Shown piece by piece: positions 1 through 13,960 of a stretch of DNA of 64,000 nt (positions within the stretch are counted from its first letter, which is position 1; the number at the start of each line of letters is the position of its first letter). The stretch is from positions 36,582,001-36,646,000 of the forward strand of contig NC_087437.1 of NCBI RefSeq assembly GCF_036321535.1, written 5' to 3'. Position numbers and translations under genes: made by a program. The DNA is from Camelus dromedarius (lineage: Eukaryota). The notes under the pieces are model-generated. The model saw only the letters and a list, made by a program, of their open reading frames with translations, was not told the origin of the DNA and made no database searches.

Positions 1-180
1 TCAGACACAAGTATAGGCACACCCAGAAAGGGTATGATTTCAGGATAGGTATATCTCTACAGCCAAGGCTGACTCTAAAGGAGCTAATAGCTGGTGGCTC
101 TCTGCTAACCACAGTCCCTCCATGTGGGCATCATTTTCCTCCTTGAAGTTGGACCTCAGTGGCACATCTTTGTGTCTAAT
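1..180 (-). mobile_element. ERVL LTR fragment (LTR16-like), 5' end
   Basis: Reverse complement resembles the LTR16 5' end (..ccttgaagttggacctcagtggcacatctttgtgtcta); recognised by eye. Confidence 0.6.
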
Positions 181-662
181 TGACTCCATTTTGAAGATAT
201 CAGTTATATTTAAGAAAATAAATATGCCTTGAATGCTTAGTATGTTTAAAGGACTGCTCTGAACCTTGTAGGTGGTTCTGCATTGTACTTGACTTGGATT
301 TTTTCCCCCACATCTCTAAGGAATTGAGATATGCACAAATAATACTAACACAAGATGAAGTGTGTTAAATAGCAAAAGAGGAATATAAGAGAATGTTGAA
401 AGACTGGAGCAAAGAAAGAGAATAATTCTATTTCAATGCAAAACTCTTCAGAAACAATGACATATGAGTTAGGTCTTCTATAGCTAGGGCTATTTTCTTT
501 TCTTTTCTTTCATTTTTTAGTAAATGTTGAAAGAGTTCAAACATAAAAGTACAAAATAGAATAATAGGTATTCATGTATCTGTGGCCCAGATTCAGCCAT
601 GGCAACTGTTAACATGTTGGCATATGTGCTTCTGATCTCTCTTGATCTTATTTTTTTTCTTT

Positions 663-698
663 GTGTGTGTGTGTGTGTGTGTGCACGCGTGCGTGCAT
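663..698. repeat. (GT)n microsatellite with alternating purine/pyrimidine extension
   Basis: gtgtgtgtgtgtgtgtgtgtgcacgcgtgcgtgcat seen directly. Confidence 0.95.
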
Positions 699-1329
699 GA
701 CTAGCACTCTCACCCTTGCCTTGATATATCAGTTTAATTTGTGCCCCTTCCTCCTTATATCATTTCAGGAATCTTTCACTACATTTCTCTGACTTATTTA
801 CATCAGCATTATATTCTATTCCTAATAAGGAAATTACCCTATAATATGTGCTTTATGATGACAAATTTATAATATGATTTAGAGACTATTAGATATTGAA
901 AAATATGTGCTGAAAGAATAAACTGAATACTGCCAAGGCATTGCAGACTTTCTGGGCCAAAATCTGAGAAAAAAGAGCCTAAATAGATAAAACCAAATTA
1001 GCAGCATTTTTCCCCCATTGGAATATTTTCTTACTGCATATACTGAGTAGAGTTTATAATATACTGACTGGTGGAAAAAAAAATCAGACTTCAAGTCACC
1101 ACAAGATGGAGATAACCTGGTAAGCATCCAAGGCTTTGAGTAGGAATCTTAAATCTAAAGCTCAATTATGGATGAAGTGAAAACAGACAAAGCCTCATAA
1201 GAATGAAAGAAGGAAAGATTAGGGACAGGAAGTATTTTACTATATATTGCAAAACAGATACAGTGCATACACATACACTTCTAAGAATCATAGGAACATT
1301 GCTAGGGGCAGGAGGAGGGAGATAATTAA

Positions 1330-3010
1330 AAATATTAAAGAAGGGAGAACAGACTTTTAAAAGAGCAATAATATTTATTAAGTGAAATAAAGGAAACCAA
1401 AGAGTAGTAGAATGATATCTTCAAACATTTCCAAGGAAAATCCTGTCAAACTAGAATTAAATACATATTACAGTCAGTCTTCCAGAAATGAAGGTGAAAT
1501 AAAACTCATTAAGAAAAGCAAAAATAAAGAGAATTCACCACCAAAAGACCATTATTTAAAAAAAATAAATAACAGGTTTCTTTTTGCTGAGGGAATATGT
1601 CAATAAGTTGGAAAATTTCTGTTTAGGTGTTCCTTTTTAGGAAATTATAAATATCCAATATTGAATAGAGAAGATACAAAAATCTTGAACAAAACAATAA
1701 CAAACAAATTTTAAAAAGTCAAATAATTACTAAAATAACACCTGGGAACATAGATCAAGATGATAGATTATGTAAAATAACAGAAAAAACATGAAAATTA
1801 CAAATAACTAACAGTTCAAGGGGAAAACCAAGCTCCATTAATGAGCAACAATTTTACATAATTATTGAATGACAGAAAGCCAAGAGTTTTATATATATAC
1901 AGAGAAACAAAACCCAAAGAAACAGTAGCTCAAAAACCTTATAAGAGAGCACTATTTTAAAGGAAGGAGTCATATTTGGATATGCCATACACAAATTCAA
2001 TGATTATAAGAGGTAGGGGGGGCTCAGAGGAGTTTTTTCAGAGTGATGAATAGTAAAGAAAATTCTGATAAGCAAAACTATAGGTTTCTAGTATGAGAAT
2101 TCTACAAATATTAAGAATATAGATTTGATTTTTGAATTAGAAATTGGAATGCCCAATGAAAACCAAAAATAGGTTAAATATTGAGTAATCTTGTATTCAT
2201 GACCTTAAATACAGAGCCAAGTAATTCTTCTAGATTTCATTGCAAAAGAAAATAACATATATGAAAAATAAGAGAAAAGTTTGGACAAAGTTCAGAAAAA
2301 TTAAAGAAAAGTTTGGGCCATATTTGAAAACTGTTTGTCCCATGGGAGTATCACAAAAAGTTTGGAGGAAAAAAAAAGAAATAATAAGACAAATTTTGTC
2401 CTAGACGAAGTAAGCACACTGAAATTCTTCCAATTAATAGAAGTTTCCAAAGAATGGATAGCAATTAGAATGGAAAACATCCATACCCATATAAATACAT
2501 ATTAGAAATTAAGGCTAGCAAATGCAGAAATTCCCAAAGATCCCAAGTAGAGTGAATAAAATGATACAAATTCTCAGACACAAACACACACATTGTCTGC
2601 AGAGGAAAATAAGAACACTAGTATATAAGTTTGTATCTTCAACCCTAGATTCAAATAGACTTCAGAGTTCTGAGGAAGTATGAATTACATCCTTGAATTC
2701 TAAAACCACCAAATTAGTACTCAAGTGGGATTGACAGTAAATTGTTCATATATGAAATCATTAATAAATACAGATGTTATCAATTTAAGGTCATTTGATA
2801 TGCTGTTGTAAAGTGAAAACTGAATTGTATAACAGGGATATGGCAGGGAAGGGAAACAGAGGAAAAAAAAACTAATTAAAAATAATAGTTACATAAAAGA
2901 CTTCTAGATCTGAGGATAACAGAGTAACTGATGCTGGGCATGATCACCTGCTAAAACCAACCATAAAACTGGAATGAAATATAACAAGTAAATGTTTTAG
3001 GCTTTGAAAA
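1330..3010 (+). mobile_element. Degraded old L1/HAL1 fragments (ORF1 region)
   Basis: 1412-1570 matches the L1 ORF1 C-terminus (…RNEGEIK…, gagaattcaccaccaaaagacc); A-rich + strand; second ORF1-like piece ~2400-2760. Confidence 0.65.
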
Positions 3011-3065
3011 TATCTATCCTTAGAACAACCCCAATCTTCCTGGCTGCTCCCAGTTCTTGTTTCAG

Positions 3066-3435
3066 TTACTCACTCAGCCCTACATTACGTTTTTGAAGGG
3101 GTGGAATAGGATATGGCAGTCTTGCAAAATATGGCTAAATTCATTTAGAAGGCTTTGAGGTGGTGGTGAAAGTATTTGCTGATTTATATTTGTATTATCC
3201 TAAAAATCTGTTGTAAATCATTTTAATTTGTTAAGCCATGAGACTATCTTCTGATGGGAATTAATGTGGGATCTCCTTTTGCTGGTACATTGTTACTGCT
3301 GCAATCTTTCTGTTTAAGTTTTTCTGGGAGTAGCTAAAATTGTTGTTTCAATATGTGGAGAGGTTTTTGAGACTTTTTCAGCAATGCAATTGGCCAAGTT
3401 TTCTCAAAACAGTTAACTCCAAAAGGCATGTGATG
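3066..3435 (+). pseudogene. Fossil EGF-like repeat coding segment
   Basis: Mixed-frame motifs GY/QSCKI (3117), GGGESI, YICI (3185), SPFAGTL (3272), SNAIGQ (3380); preceded by ttcttgtttcag. Confidence 0.5.
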
Positions 3436-4050
3436 ATAATTTAACTTTCTAGTTTATAAAAAGTCTGAGTGTTTAAGAAATTTAAAGAAGGAATGTATAG
3501 TGTATTTGTATAACTTTTTAAATTAACATTCCCACTGCATAGATTAAGAAACAAAAAAAGAAACAAAGTATATGGTCTAGTAGCATAAGTATGGTATTGT
3601 ATGTTTATTTGAAGTCAGTTATGTCAGTTGAAATTGAATTTAAGGGCTAAACACAACAATCCAACTAACAAAATACCAGAACTTTCTTTTAAGAATGTAT
3701 TTAGAAGTATTTTAAATGAAAACCACTCACTTTTGCATTGAGATAAATAGCTATTAATATTTGTTAGAATTCTGAATCAGTGAGTAGGGGGAGTCAACTC
3801 AGAATTTTGTATTCAAGCATGAGAAACACTAGCAATCAAATGCTTTTTCTCTTAACCCATAGAGATCCACTTCTAAAACTTACCTTCTGAGATACAGATA
3901 ATGTAGAGGAGCAAGGAATCAGGGACCCTCACATTTAACTATTAACTCATTTTAAGGGATAATAAGCAGCTATAATAACTCTTGAAAGCTAAGTAAAAGA
4001 GGCTATTTTCCTCTTAAGCCTAATTGTTTTTATTTTGTTTCTGTTTTATG

Positions 4051-4646
4051 AAATGTTTACCTGAAGGAATTTCCAGACTTCACAACCTCGTTTAAAATAC
4101 TGTTTCCTTTTGGAAAAAAAGAAAAAAAAAAGAGAAAAGCTTGTTTGTCTTTCATCTATTTCCATGAAAGAATATATACAATTTATTATCTGATACAGGA
4201 GATGTGACTAATACAAAAATAGTTTTGTTATGCAGTTTCCTCTATGGACAACAACCCCAACATAGTCAAAAAGATGTCTTATGATAGTATTACTGTTAAC
4301 TTTTCTAGAGAGATTAAAGAGCACTGATAAATAACAACTGCTCTTTTGAATTTATCAGCTATGTTCCGTCTGAGCTTTATAAACTGGCCAATAGTGATCC
4401 TTCCACAAAATATGTTCTATAGTAAAGATTAAATATTGTATCATCTGGACTTACTGACATGCACATCTCAGTGTGATAGAAAACCTCAAGAGAGTTTTTT
4501 TGATACAAAATGAACAGACAGCTTTACATAGAAGCTTTGGATTGCATGAAAACAAAACCAAACACAATAGTGCTGACAGCTGGACTCACCAGAATGATAG
4601 CTCCTGTTCAAATCTGGACAGAGATAGATGATCTTCAAGTATTCAG
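4051..4646 (+). pseudogene. Fossil EGF-like repeat coding segment
   Basis: KCLPEGISRLH (4051), INNNCS, VSSGLTDMH (4438), SFGLH, HQNDSSCSNLD (4587); ends CAG|gtaaaa. Confidence 0.55.
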
Positions 4647-5099
4647 GTAAAAATACTCTATTATTCTCGCAGATATCCTGCATGTACTTATAATAAAAAC
4701 AATAGAATAATAGGACATTGAAGTTTAAAATTTTTAAAAAACAGCTATGGTTTACAGAAATTACAAGCACTAACTTTATTTAAGGATTGGTGAGTACCAA
4801 ATACAGTCTAAGCTTCCCATGTTTTAGTTTTCCTTAGTTGTCCTAATGGTATGAACTGACATTTCTGTATGCTTTGAAAAATACACTTTTAAACAGAAAC
4901 TAATTTTTAAGAAACTTTAATTGGATCACATTAAGATAAAGAAAAATAGGTTGTTTTCATTAACAGTATTCATATGTAAAATTATAAACATCTTATTTAG
5001 TTTGAAACAGTCTTTGTTAAGGGAATCACACTAAATTATTTTCTCAAATCTTCCCAGACTGGCTAAATACACAAATTTAAGGTATTCACTTAGCGTGAG

Positions 5100-6215
5100 A
5101 AGAAACAATATGTGAGGTTGTCTGACCCATTTCACATTTAACCAGGTTTTAGATGTAATTCATATAGTTTATCCTTATTATACTGATACTGTTATGTATT
5201 ACTCTTCTCCCTCTGCCAAATAACCAATAAAGCATTTCACTGGGTGATATTTTGTTAGCTAAGAGATACTTTGCAGTAATATAGTCAATCAAGAAAATTA
5301 GCAGAATGTTTTATTAAATATTAAGTTGCTTCATTTTTAAAAACAATATTTTCAATTAATAACAAGTATTAGGGGATCTATAGACTGTAGAAAGTCAAAT
5401 ACAGCTAAAAGAAGTTAGCATAATTTCTAATAAGCCCCAATGTTACTTTTTGAAATTCTCTTTTCATGTATTCAGTTACTGAATGCACTTCCACTGAGTG
5501 GTTATTACGTGTAAGATACTCTGTTAATGGCTGAGGCTATCCTGACATCTTAGTCTTGCCATTTAAACATCTTGGGATTTGCCATTTTAGGATTTGTAAA
5601 CTAAAGTTAATTTTGAATTAAATGCAGTTTATGCAGTCATAGATTTTAATCTTTGATACAAATTTTAAGCCTGACATACTTGATACACTTTTGCATATGT
5701 GCTTTGAGCCAGTAAATAAGGTAGGAACACAACCATATTGAGCTCTTACTTAATGTGATAACTTCTTGCACATATATACACATACATTCATAGAAGTCCC
5801 CATTGCATTTATTCAGATATGAACTTTACAGTTATGTTAATGGACTTACCTGAAATAAGAAGAATAATAAAAGAAGAATAGAGTCTTCAGATTGTACTAA
5901 TTTTATCATGCCTGAAGGCAACAATCACTGAGCTTAACTTATATTGTGTGACTTTATGTAAGGCTCATATATGTTAGAAGTTTGATTTATTTATTGTGAA
6001 AAGTGTGTAGACCTTTCTTGAAAGTGTTCTGCTTCAAGAAATAATGATGCTGGACATGTCAGAATTAAATGATAAACGGCTTTTTAAACATCTACGATCA
6101 TAGTGCACAAACATGAAACTGTGAATTCACTTGAAGAATGATAGCTAAATCACAAAGGAATGGCAATACATGGAATCTATGGAGAAAAAAATTATCATGC
6201 AGTAGTAAAAATCAA
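5100..6215 (+). pseudogene. Fossil multi-EGF coding segment
   Basis: ICEV (5108), PGFRCN (5142), YSSP/CQ, VTECTS (5475), FCICA, YVNGLT*, YCEKCVD (5992), TCQN*MINGF (6054), NCE, RNGNT (6156). Confidence 0.65.
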
Positions 6216-6619
6216 TAGTTAGAGGTATGCTTGATTTGAAATTATAAAATATTTGAAATGTTATGTTACTGTGTGGTAGGGAAAAATACATGAAAGAAAA
6301 AATGATAAAACTCAGTTCCAGGACAGATATTCTCAATAGTCAGACATATAACTTTTGTATAAATTTGTTCCGAGTCTTATTTAACATATATGTAAATGAT
6401 AAGCATAGTTTTATATGACAAAGTTAATTTGTGTTATTTTGTCCAGAATAAATAAAATATCAAAGACATTTAATATTTGAATAGGACACTGACTTACACT
6501 GTTAACACAATATCAGGTTTATAGAATAAGCATATGGAAGGACAACCCAGAGGAATTCCTTTTCTTGAATAAATGTTCTGGAATGGTTTTTGAGATCCTG
6601 ACTCACAAATCCAAATACC

Positions 6620-7515
6620 TACTCAACCTTTCGATATTAATGTCAAATTTAAAATGTTCAAATTTGAACCCTAGTCTTCTCCCTAATATAGTTGATAGTA
6701 TCTTCATCCTTTTAATTGCTTAGGCAAAGAAATTTGGGGCCAGTCTGGCTTTTCTCTTCCTCTCATACCTCTTATGTAATAGAAATTCTATTAGTTCTAA
6801 ATTAAAACTATGTACATAGTATGACATCATCTCACTACCTCCAGTGTAACAAATCTAAGTCATCATTATCACTAGATGCCTAAAATAGCCTCTTAACTGT
6901 TCTCACTACTTCTCCCTTTATCTCTAAACAATCTATTCTCCCCCAAGTAGTTATTTTTTTTTAAAACAATAGGTCAAATCATGGCACTCCTTTTCTCAAA
7001 GCCCTGCAACATTTTCCTCTTTCATTCAGAATAAAAATTAAGGTCATTAAATAGACTATGATATCCTTCATGATCTCATCTCTACTTATCTCAGTAACAT
7101 TAATTCCTAATAATTTTACCCATATGTTCTCTCTTTCAACCACAGTGGCCCTAGGCTTTTCTTCTCACACAGCAGGCACACTTATGCCTGTGCTCTGGCT
7201 GTTGCTTTACATGGGATATCTTCTACACCTGGAATGACTATATTCATCTTCAAACTTCCTCAACCATACAACCTTATGAAAATGCAACAAATTGTGTACT
7301 GTCCTACAACAAACACTTCTGTTGTACTTCTTTTCCAAAGCAATTATCAACTTCTAGCATAATACAAAGCTTTCTTATTTACTATATTTATTTATTTCCT
7401 GTTTTCTCCTATTATACTGTTAGCCTCACATGGGCAAGTGTGATTTGTCCATTATGATCACCAATGTGCATGGCCTGGCACATAGTAAGTTCTCAATAAA
7501 TTTTTATGGACTAAA
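6620..7515 (+). mobile_element. L2 LINE 3' region
   Basis: Typical L2 motifs (aatagcctcttaactg, gtcaaatcatggcactcc) ending in cctggcacatagtaagttctcaataaa. Confidence 0.85.
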
Positions 7516-8319
7516 TCTAGCCAACCAGGGACACTGGGCCCCACAAAGAAGTAGAAACCTGATAGGCAGCTTGAGTTTTGGTCTTTTTTTTTAATGTGAA
7601 AGCTTTACAGATAAGTTAATTTTTCCATGCAAAGTTTGCAAAAGCTTGAGTAACAACTTCTATCTCCGTTATTGCTATCTAGGTTTCTAGGTTTTTACAT
7701 AAACTGCAGTATTTTTTGTTTGTTTCTTTGTTTGGCCAGTGAACTCATTGGCCTGTGTTCTCATCTCCTTGGATCTTTGGTCCTTTAGTTATCTGCTTCT
7801 TATTTGCATCTTAGAATGACAATATATTTTGACTCTCACCCCTTACTCATCAACTTCAGTTCACTCTATAACTGAGGTCTGTTTTTTGGACTTTGATAGG
7901 TTTTTTGGTTCTAGAAGAACATTAACCCTAGCATATAGGTACTCATTGTATCTTGTTGGACATATGGTTCACTGATCTGGCAAACTGTAACAATCTCCTC
8001 AGTCTTTTTGTTGGGGGAAGGAGATCAGTCATGGAATAATCCTAGGTTCCTGTTTTTAAGGGGTTACTGCTGTGAAATTAAGGAGAATAAATTGGAGGAA
8101 TGTAAGATGTGAAGTAAGCTTTTAAGATGCTAATAGTGAAAATAAATAATGTTAAGGAGATGTAGAAAAGCAAATCTCAAAAGATAACTGAAAGATGAAA
8201 GTAACAATTATTAAAAGCCAATTTGATGGGGGAGGGAAAGAGAATAGGATTTCAAAGTTAATTTTAATCCAAATATTTAACAATTATCTTTTAACGTAGG
8301 TAATAGAGTAACTGTAAGG

Positions 8320-8660
8320 ATAGTCTATGTTGTTATGCCTTAACAAACATTCCCAAATATTAGTAGCAGAGCAGAATTAACATTCATTTGTCAATTCAAA
8401 GTCCTCTTCATGATGCTCTTGTCCATGAAGTAGGTTAATATTCCAGGAGTCTCTATTTCAAAATTAGTATCCATTTTTGTCATGAAAGAGAAAAAGTGCA
8501 TGGAAAATTTCACAGGAAAAATCAAAATTTTCAGCCTCGAATTGATACTTATCAGTTTCATTTGTCTTTCATTGGCCAAAGAATGTAATGGTTACCCTTA
8601 ATATTACACTTAATTATTATCTGAAAAGAAACAAAGAAGTCTAAATGTTGGAAGTCTAAA
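8320..8660 (-). mobile_element. MLT1 (MaLR) LTR fragment within L2 (-) remnants at ~8030-8990
   Basis: taacaaacattcccaaat… start and ttcattggccaaag motif typical of antisense MLT1. Confidence 0.55.
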
Positions 8661-9149
8661 TTAGTAGTCTAATGAAATATCATTCACTGCCTCTGTGCTA
8701 GGGACCAGAATACAAAGTTAAGACATTTTAAATAGATTTATATATGTAGTTGTATGATTCACTTACATGGTGGAAAATGTTTGAGGTCAAACACAAATTC
8801 ATTACAAGCCATGTTGAGATGGAGATATCTGTGTGATATGAAGATAGAATTACCACAATAGACAATTGAAAATATCTTGAGATCTATTATAAACTCAAGG
8901 CTATGATCTTGTATTTTAATTTACTATTGTATTGGAGGGAGTTAAGGTCATGCTATTAAAAAATTTTATCTAATTGTAAGATATAAATTGAGACAAGAAT
9001 AGATGAAAAAAACAGTGGGAACTATATCATCATCATTATCTATGTCTTTATTAATAGTCTTATTTCTGGAAAGATAAAATTTAAGATAAAATATTTCACT
9101 TATTTCTTCAATTCTCTGATTTTTTTTTTACCTATTTATTACCATGCAG

Positions 9150-9579
9150 AGTTTACTAGATAAATAGTTTCTCCACCAAGAGTTCTTGGAACTTGGAAGT
9201 AATGAATGAGTTTCCTCTTAATGAAAATATCCCCCATGGTGAATAATATATATTTACATTTATTTCAGTTTGTCGACAGTATCCTCTAATTTCCAACACA
9301 TATCCTTTGTATGAAAGTTGAGAAACATAGTTCATGTTGTAGGATTTTTCTGTTTTCCAGATATGAAACATAATGACACAAATGACTATTCCATAAATAA
9401 ATGTTTTCCATTAATTCCTTATCATTTGATTTTTAGATACTGAATTACTGGTCAGCATCTACTCTTTACATCTAGATTGTATGTTTAGTGAGGTTTCCAT
9501 TTACATGTTGTTTCCTCTGTGGGAAATAAATTGTTTCTCTATAGGAAGTATTAGATGTTTACTAATAAATTGTTTTTTA
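9150..9579 (+). pseudogene. Fossil EGF-like repeat coding segment
   Basis: ELGSNE*VSS (9189; TGA at the Cys position), GFFCFPD..SINKC (9342), FTCC; flanked by ccatgcag| and |gtaagt. Confidence 0.5.
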
Positions 9580-10399
9580 GTAAGTTTGGACCTTTGAATA
9601 TTACAAATTAAATTGTTCTTTCTGTTATTATATGAAACCCATTTCAATATTGTATAGTTTATTAGATTTTGGAGACTTTTTCACAAAGATTTAATGTGTA
9701 TAATATCAGGGAACACTTAAAGATCCTTTTAATTTGTTTTTGCAGAAGCTATCATAAAAATATTATTTTTTATTCAGATAGCAGTATTTTGCTTATCTGT
9801 TTGTTTCTCATATGTGCCTAAGTACACAATAAATACATTTTAACTTCTTTTTTTCTCAACTCTATTAGCTAGTAATCTTGCTTTCTAAGTTTTGATATAA
9901 ACATGTTACACAATTAAGTTAATAGGGTTATTAGATATAAGAAGTTAGGTTTAAAAATTGTAAGTTTGTTGTTTTGGAGTTTAAGTATTATTTTTATACT
10001 AGACTATTATTAGAATACACTCATACCAAGAAATGAATGACTGATATAAAATCTGTGTAGCAGAGTATTAAACCTAATTTTATCTGTGATGTTCATACTT
10101 TTTCCTCTAAATCTCTAAAATTGAAAATAGGTCATAAATTCTAATGAGAGTAACATTGAGATTCCTGATATTTCTTCCAGTTCCTTACAAAAAATAAATG
10201 CATATCTCTTAAACCGTACTACAAAGCAGTTATACCCATCACCCTATATAAAAAGATGATATTTTAAGAAGTTTATTGATGTAAGAACGTTTTGTGAAGT
10301 TAGATTGTAGAATAAATATAGAAGGATAATGTCAAAAAGAAATGGCGTTCTATGAGAACCACTTAGAGTGAGTAAACCTTCCTGCAGGAGAGGAAAGCT

Positions 10400-11302
10400 G
10401 TTATCTTACTCCCTAAATGAATTTTTGCTCAGGACAGAAATAAGAAATGATACATGATAAAGAAAACCTCCATGATCCTAACAAATTTTCCATGGAGTTT
10501 GAAAAGTAAATGATATTTTCTTTTCCCTGAAAATTTTAGAGGTCCGGATGTTGGCTTGAATGACACAAAAATAGAGTGTTGAGGCTGAGATGGAGTGGCC
10601 TTCTGTTATTGGTATATTCAAGGGTATGGACATCTTCTCTGAGTCAAGCAGGGACTGGCAGGTGTCAGACATGGAATCCTGAAAAAAACCCAATTTAAGA
10701 GAATGTAGGATCATCACCAGTAAGAGGGCAAGGAGTGTACCAAAAGGGCTGGAGGTACATCCTGAGGGAACTCAGCCATGCCATGTGAAGTGTTATCATT
10801 TTCCATTTGGCTTCCAAATAATCTATGCCTACAGTTATCCTTGGATAGCTGCCATAAAGAGGATTCTAGCACCCAGAAGATAACTTCAAATATAACTTTC
10901 TACATAAATCTTCCCTTTAAACCACTCACCCCAGCTGTGCCTCCAGCTTGGGGGAACCAGAAAGGAGGAAGAAATTAAAACTGATTTAAGGAATAGACCA
11001 TGCCTCATTATTTTCCTGAAGATGCCTAGAGCCAAATTAAGGTTTTAATTTTGGGTGAGAGGAGCTTTGAAAAACATCCAGAATCAAAGTTTTGAATTAG
11101 ACTAGAATGCGACAACTTTTTTTTCTCAGTAATTAAAACTGAGCGTGCATTAAAAAATGTAAAAATCATTCTTATACTTATTTCCTAGAATCTACGGAAT
11201 ATGATGAAAGTTTTTCAAGGATAAATTTAGGAAAAGTCAATAAACATCAGAGAAGACAAAAATGGGAGTAGGGAATAAAGCCATGTCCTATGTGTATCCT
11301 CA
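10400..11302 (+). mobile_element. Ancient LTR-like element (possibly MamGypLTR class)
   Basis: Purine-rich body, AATAAA near the 3' end followed by ..CA; family assignment uncertain. Confidence 0.35.
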
Positions 11303-11325
11303 AAATATGAAACTCTAAATTAAAC

Positions 11326-11884
11326 TGTACTCTTGGAGAGTCTTCTTTTATGAGACATAGTGGATGATTGTTAACTTAGCTCTCTGACCATGGCTCCCAT
11401 TTAAAACTGTGCTAACCATCAGCACAGAGCTGGAGTACCTGCAGCTACAACAAATGGGTGAGGAACATGCAAAGGAAAAGTAGTAACATTTTTTGAATAC
11501 TCATCCAGCATCAGCTGCTATGTATATATATGCTGTATGTTATTTTCATTATATTTGATACTATGCTACATATGGAAGGATTTTTTTTTTATTTTTTGGA
11601 GAGTAATCAATAAGTAACAACTACTTTTCCTAAAATAATGCTAACGTATGACAAGGTGATGATCACAAAATTCCTATTGTGCTCATGTAGTTTTCAGGAT
11701 GACCTGTTGAACTTGCACTGTCATAGAATATATATCTTTCAATATTAGCAGGAAAAATTAACTTGAAGCTGGCATATGTATTGGGTGAAGTAAGTGAAAC
11801 AAATGCAATTGATGCCAAATGGAAAAATGTTCCTCTCTTGTATTTGGAACACATAGCTTATGTGTGAATAAGTGATAATATAAG
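11326..11884 (+). pseudogene. Fossil multi-EGF coding segment (about 5 consecutive units)
   Basis: CTLG, DIVDDC*LSS, DHGS, GTCK, YI*YYAT (11550), VINK*QLL (11603), NNA, LCSCS..LHC, LEAGICIG*SK*NKCN*CQMEKCSS (11762), HSLCVN; ends AAG|gtgaat. Confidence 0.7.
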
Positions 11885-12491
11885 GTGAATAATGTGAATT
11901 ACCTCACAGAGGTTAAGGTTAGGTGAGTACGTTGAAGTCAGTCGATAAGTAGAAAACAACTATGATATCCACTAATGGGATAATAGACGTCATATACACA
12001 CCCTATTTCACACCAGATAGGGTAAAGGAGTGTTAATAAAAAAGAAGAAGAAAAATGGAAAGGGCATAAAATTGAGCTAAGAAATAAATAAAACATATAA
12101 AATAGAGGCATGATTTAAAATAGGTCCAGGAAGTGGGATGAGAGATTCAAGCTGAAAGAAATAAAGATTAAGAACAGATCAGTCAGGAAAGTAGAGAAGC
12201 ACTAAAAGAGTTCCTGACAGCAGTAGTGCTAAATACTTGTAGGCTGGATGAATGTTGACTGCTTCAGAAACATGGTCAAAATGGTCATAAGAACCCATGG
12301 CAATATAATAATGGATGTGGCATCCAAGGAGCTCAGATACTCACAGGTTTGACTGGAGCTATAAATCACAGCCAGTATACGAGGGTATAGAGGATAAAAT
12401 ACAGAAGATTGAAGTGAAGATGGCATGTGCTAGGCATAGAAATAAACAATGCCATTGAGGTAATATTTAAAATAGTGTCTTTGCTTTTCAG

Positions 12492-13105
12492 AAAGATAAA
12501 GGTACAGTAGATATGTTGAAATAGAAATTATCTACTGAAATGTAACTAGACCACATGGTATAAAATTATAAATTTGTTAGTAAATATCCAATTTCTTAAA
12601 AATGAGAAACAGCAGGTTTTCTGAAATATTGGAAATGTTATATAAGCATTTTACTATACTTATGAAACTATCCAGAGAAATTAATAATTTGGAGTTATTT
12701 TAAAAAGCCATCAATTGAATTAAGACCCACAACTAAGCATATTTTTATATTGCAAAAATAAAATGAGTTCTAACACTAATGCTTTCAGAAATAGCATAGT
12801 GGCAAAACATGGTAATAAGTTGACTTTTGGAATAGAGTGAACATAAGAAAGAAAAATTGAGCCAACAATATATGGTATATAAAATAAGAATCTGGAAAAC
12901 AAGTATTTAATTAAAAAAAGCCTAGAATCTGCCCTAAGAAAAATGTTGGTCAGCAATACGTAGAAATGTGCAATTAGAAATATGCTGACAGCTTTGTTTA
13001 AACATTGTAATGAAGATCCACATTTAAAGAAGATTCTCTGTCAGAGGACTGTCTGGAGCTACTATGCTCAGAGAATGTAGAAATAGCTATGGGGGTAGTC
13101 AATCG
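12492..13105 (+). pseudogene. Fossil EGF-like repeat coding segment
   Basis: EIEIIY*NVT..HG, EKCWSA, ADSFV*, SEDCLELLCSENVEIAMGVVNR (13041) ending aatcg|gtatgc. Confidence 0.6.
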
Positions 13106-13109
13106 GTAT

Positions 13110-13255
13110 GCTAAGCCGAGCTCAGGCACCAATTCACACTAATCTTGTACAAGTTACTTAACTCTTCTTAAGCTTTCTCATCTTGAGCAATAAAGACCTT
13201 ATCTAGAGGTGAGTTGTGGGTATTGATTAGCTAATGTCCTGAAAGTTCTGTGCAG
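13110..13255 (+). mobile_element. MIR SINE
   Basis: MIR core: atcttgtacaagttacttaactc…gttgtgggtattgattag. Confidence 0.7.
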
Positions 13256-13769
13256 ATGGAAGAAATAAGACATAAAGGATAAATTGAGTCCTACAGACAA
13301 AGAGTCTTCAGTTAAGGCTTCCAATGATCATATACACATTCTCTTTGCTTTTAAAAATAAATTGGAAAAGGTGTCACTTATAAATCCATGGAAATGTAAT
13401 TTTTAAAGATCATAGTTACCAAAGATAGTAATACTGGTTTGTTCGTTTTAATTAAAATTACTCAAACTAAATAACTGACACATATGCACAGTCTAAGCTA
13501 TTATGGGGATGGGATTAAATATAGTTTTCTATATTTGCATATGTATTTGGAAAGTAGAAATTTCTTAAAATGTGTTTAAAATCATGGCTTAGTATTATTT
13601 AAGATAAATTTCTAAGTCTTAACAAAATTTAATATTACTTGTGTGATGATAACCTAATAAGGCAAATTTTAGGGCAGTTAAATATAACTTAACTGCTTTA
13701 TCAATATCTAATTTGAAATATATGAAATTAAAACTGTTAGGATCTACAAAATAAGTATTTGTTATAAAT

Positions 13770-13960
13770 GCACATGGAATAATTAAATGATATTATTTCA
13801 TCTATCTAGTTTGCTTATGTGCAACAATAACTTTTACCAGCTTTATAAAATTTAAGTTACAAATGCACACATCAAAGTAAAAATTATAAATTAACCTAAT
13901 TATAAACTAAAAATAGACAGATGCATATTATCATCAATGGGAAATGAAACAAAACTAATC
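13770..13960 (+). pseudogene. Fossil EGF-like repeat coding segment
   Basis: MCNNN, SYKCTH (13855), KIDRCILSS (13910). Confidence 0.5.

Noticed and set aside
3095..3200. Kinase-like motif (GIGYGSLAKYG*..EVVVKVF) on the + strand, and a weak R4/RTE LINE-like reading on the - strand
   Set aside because: No downstream kinase or RT motifs; the same bases fit the EGF register seen in neighbouring blocks better.
4486..4770. Minus-strand 94-aa ORF with an apparent AG/GTGAG-bounded exon
   Set aside because: No recognisable protein and no partner exons; it is antisense to an EGF relic.
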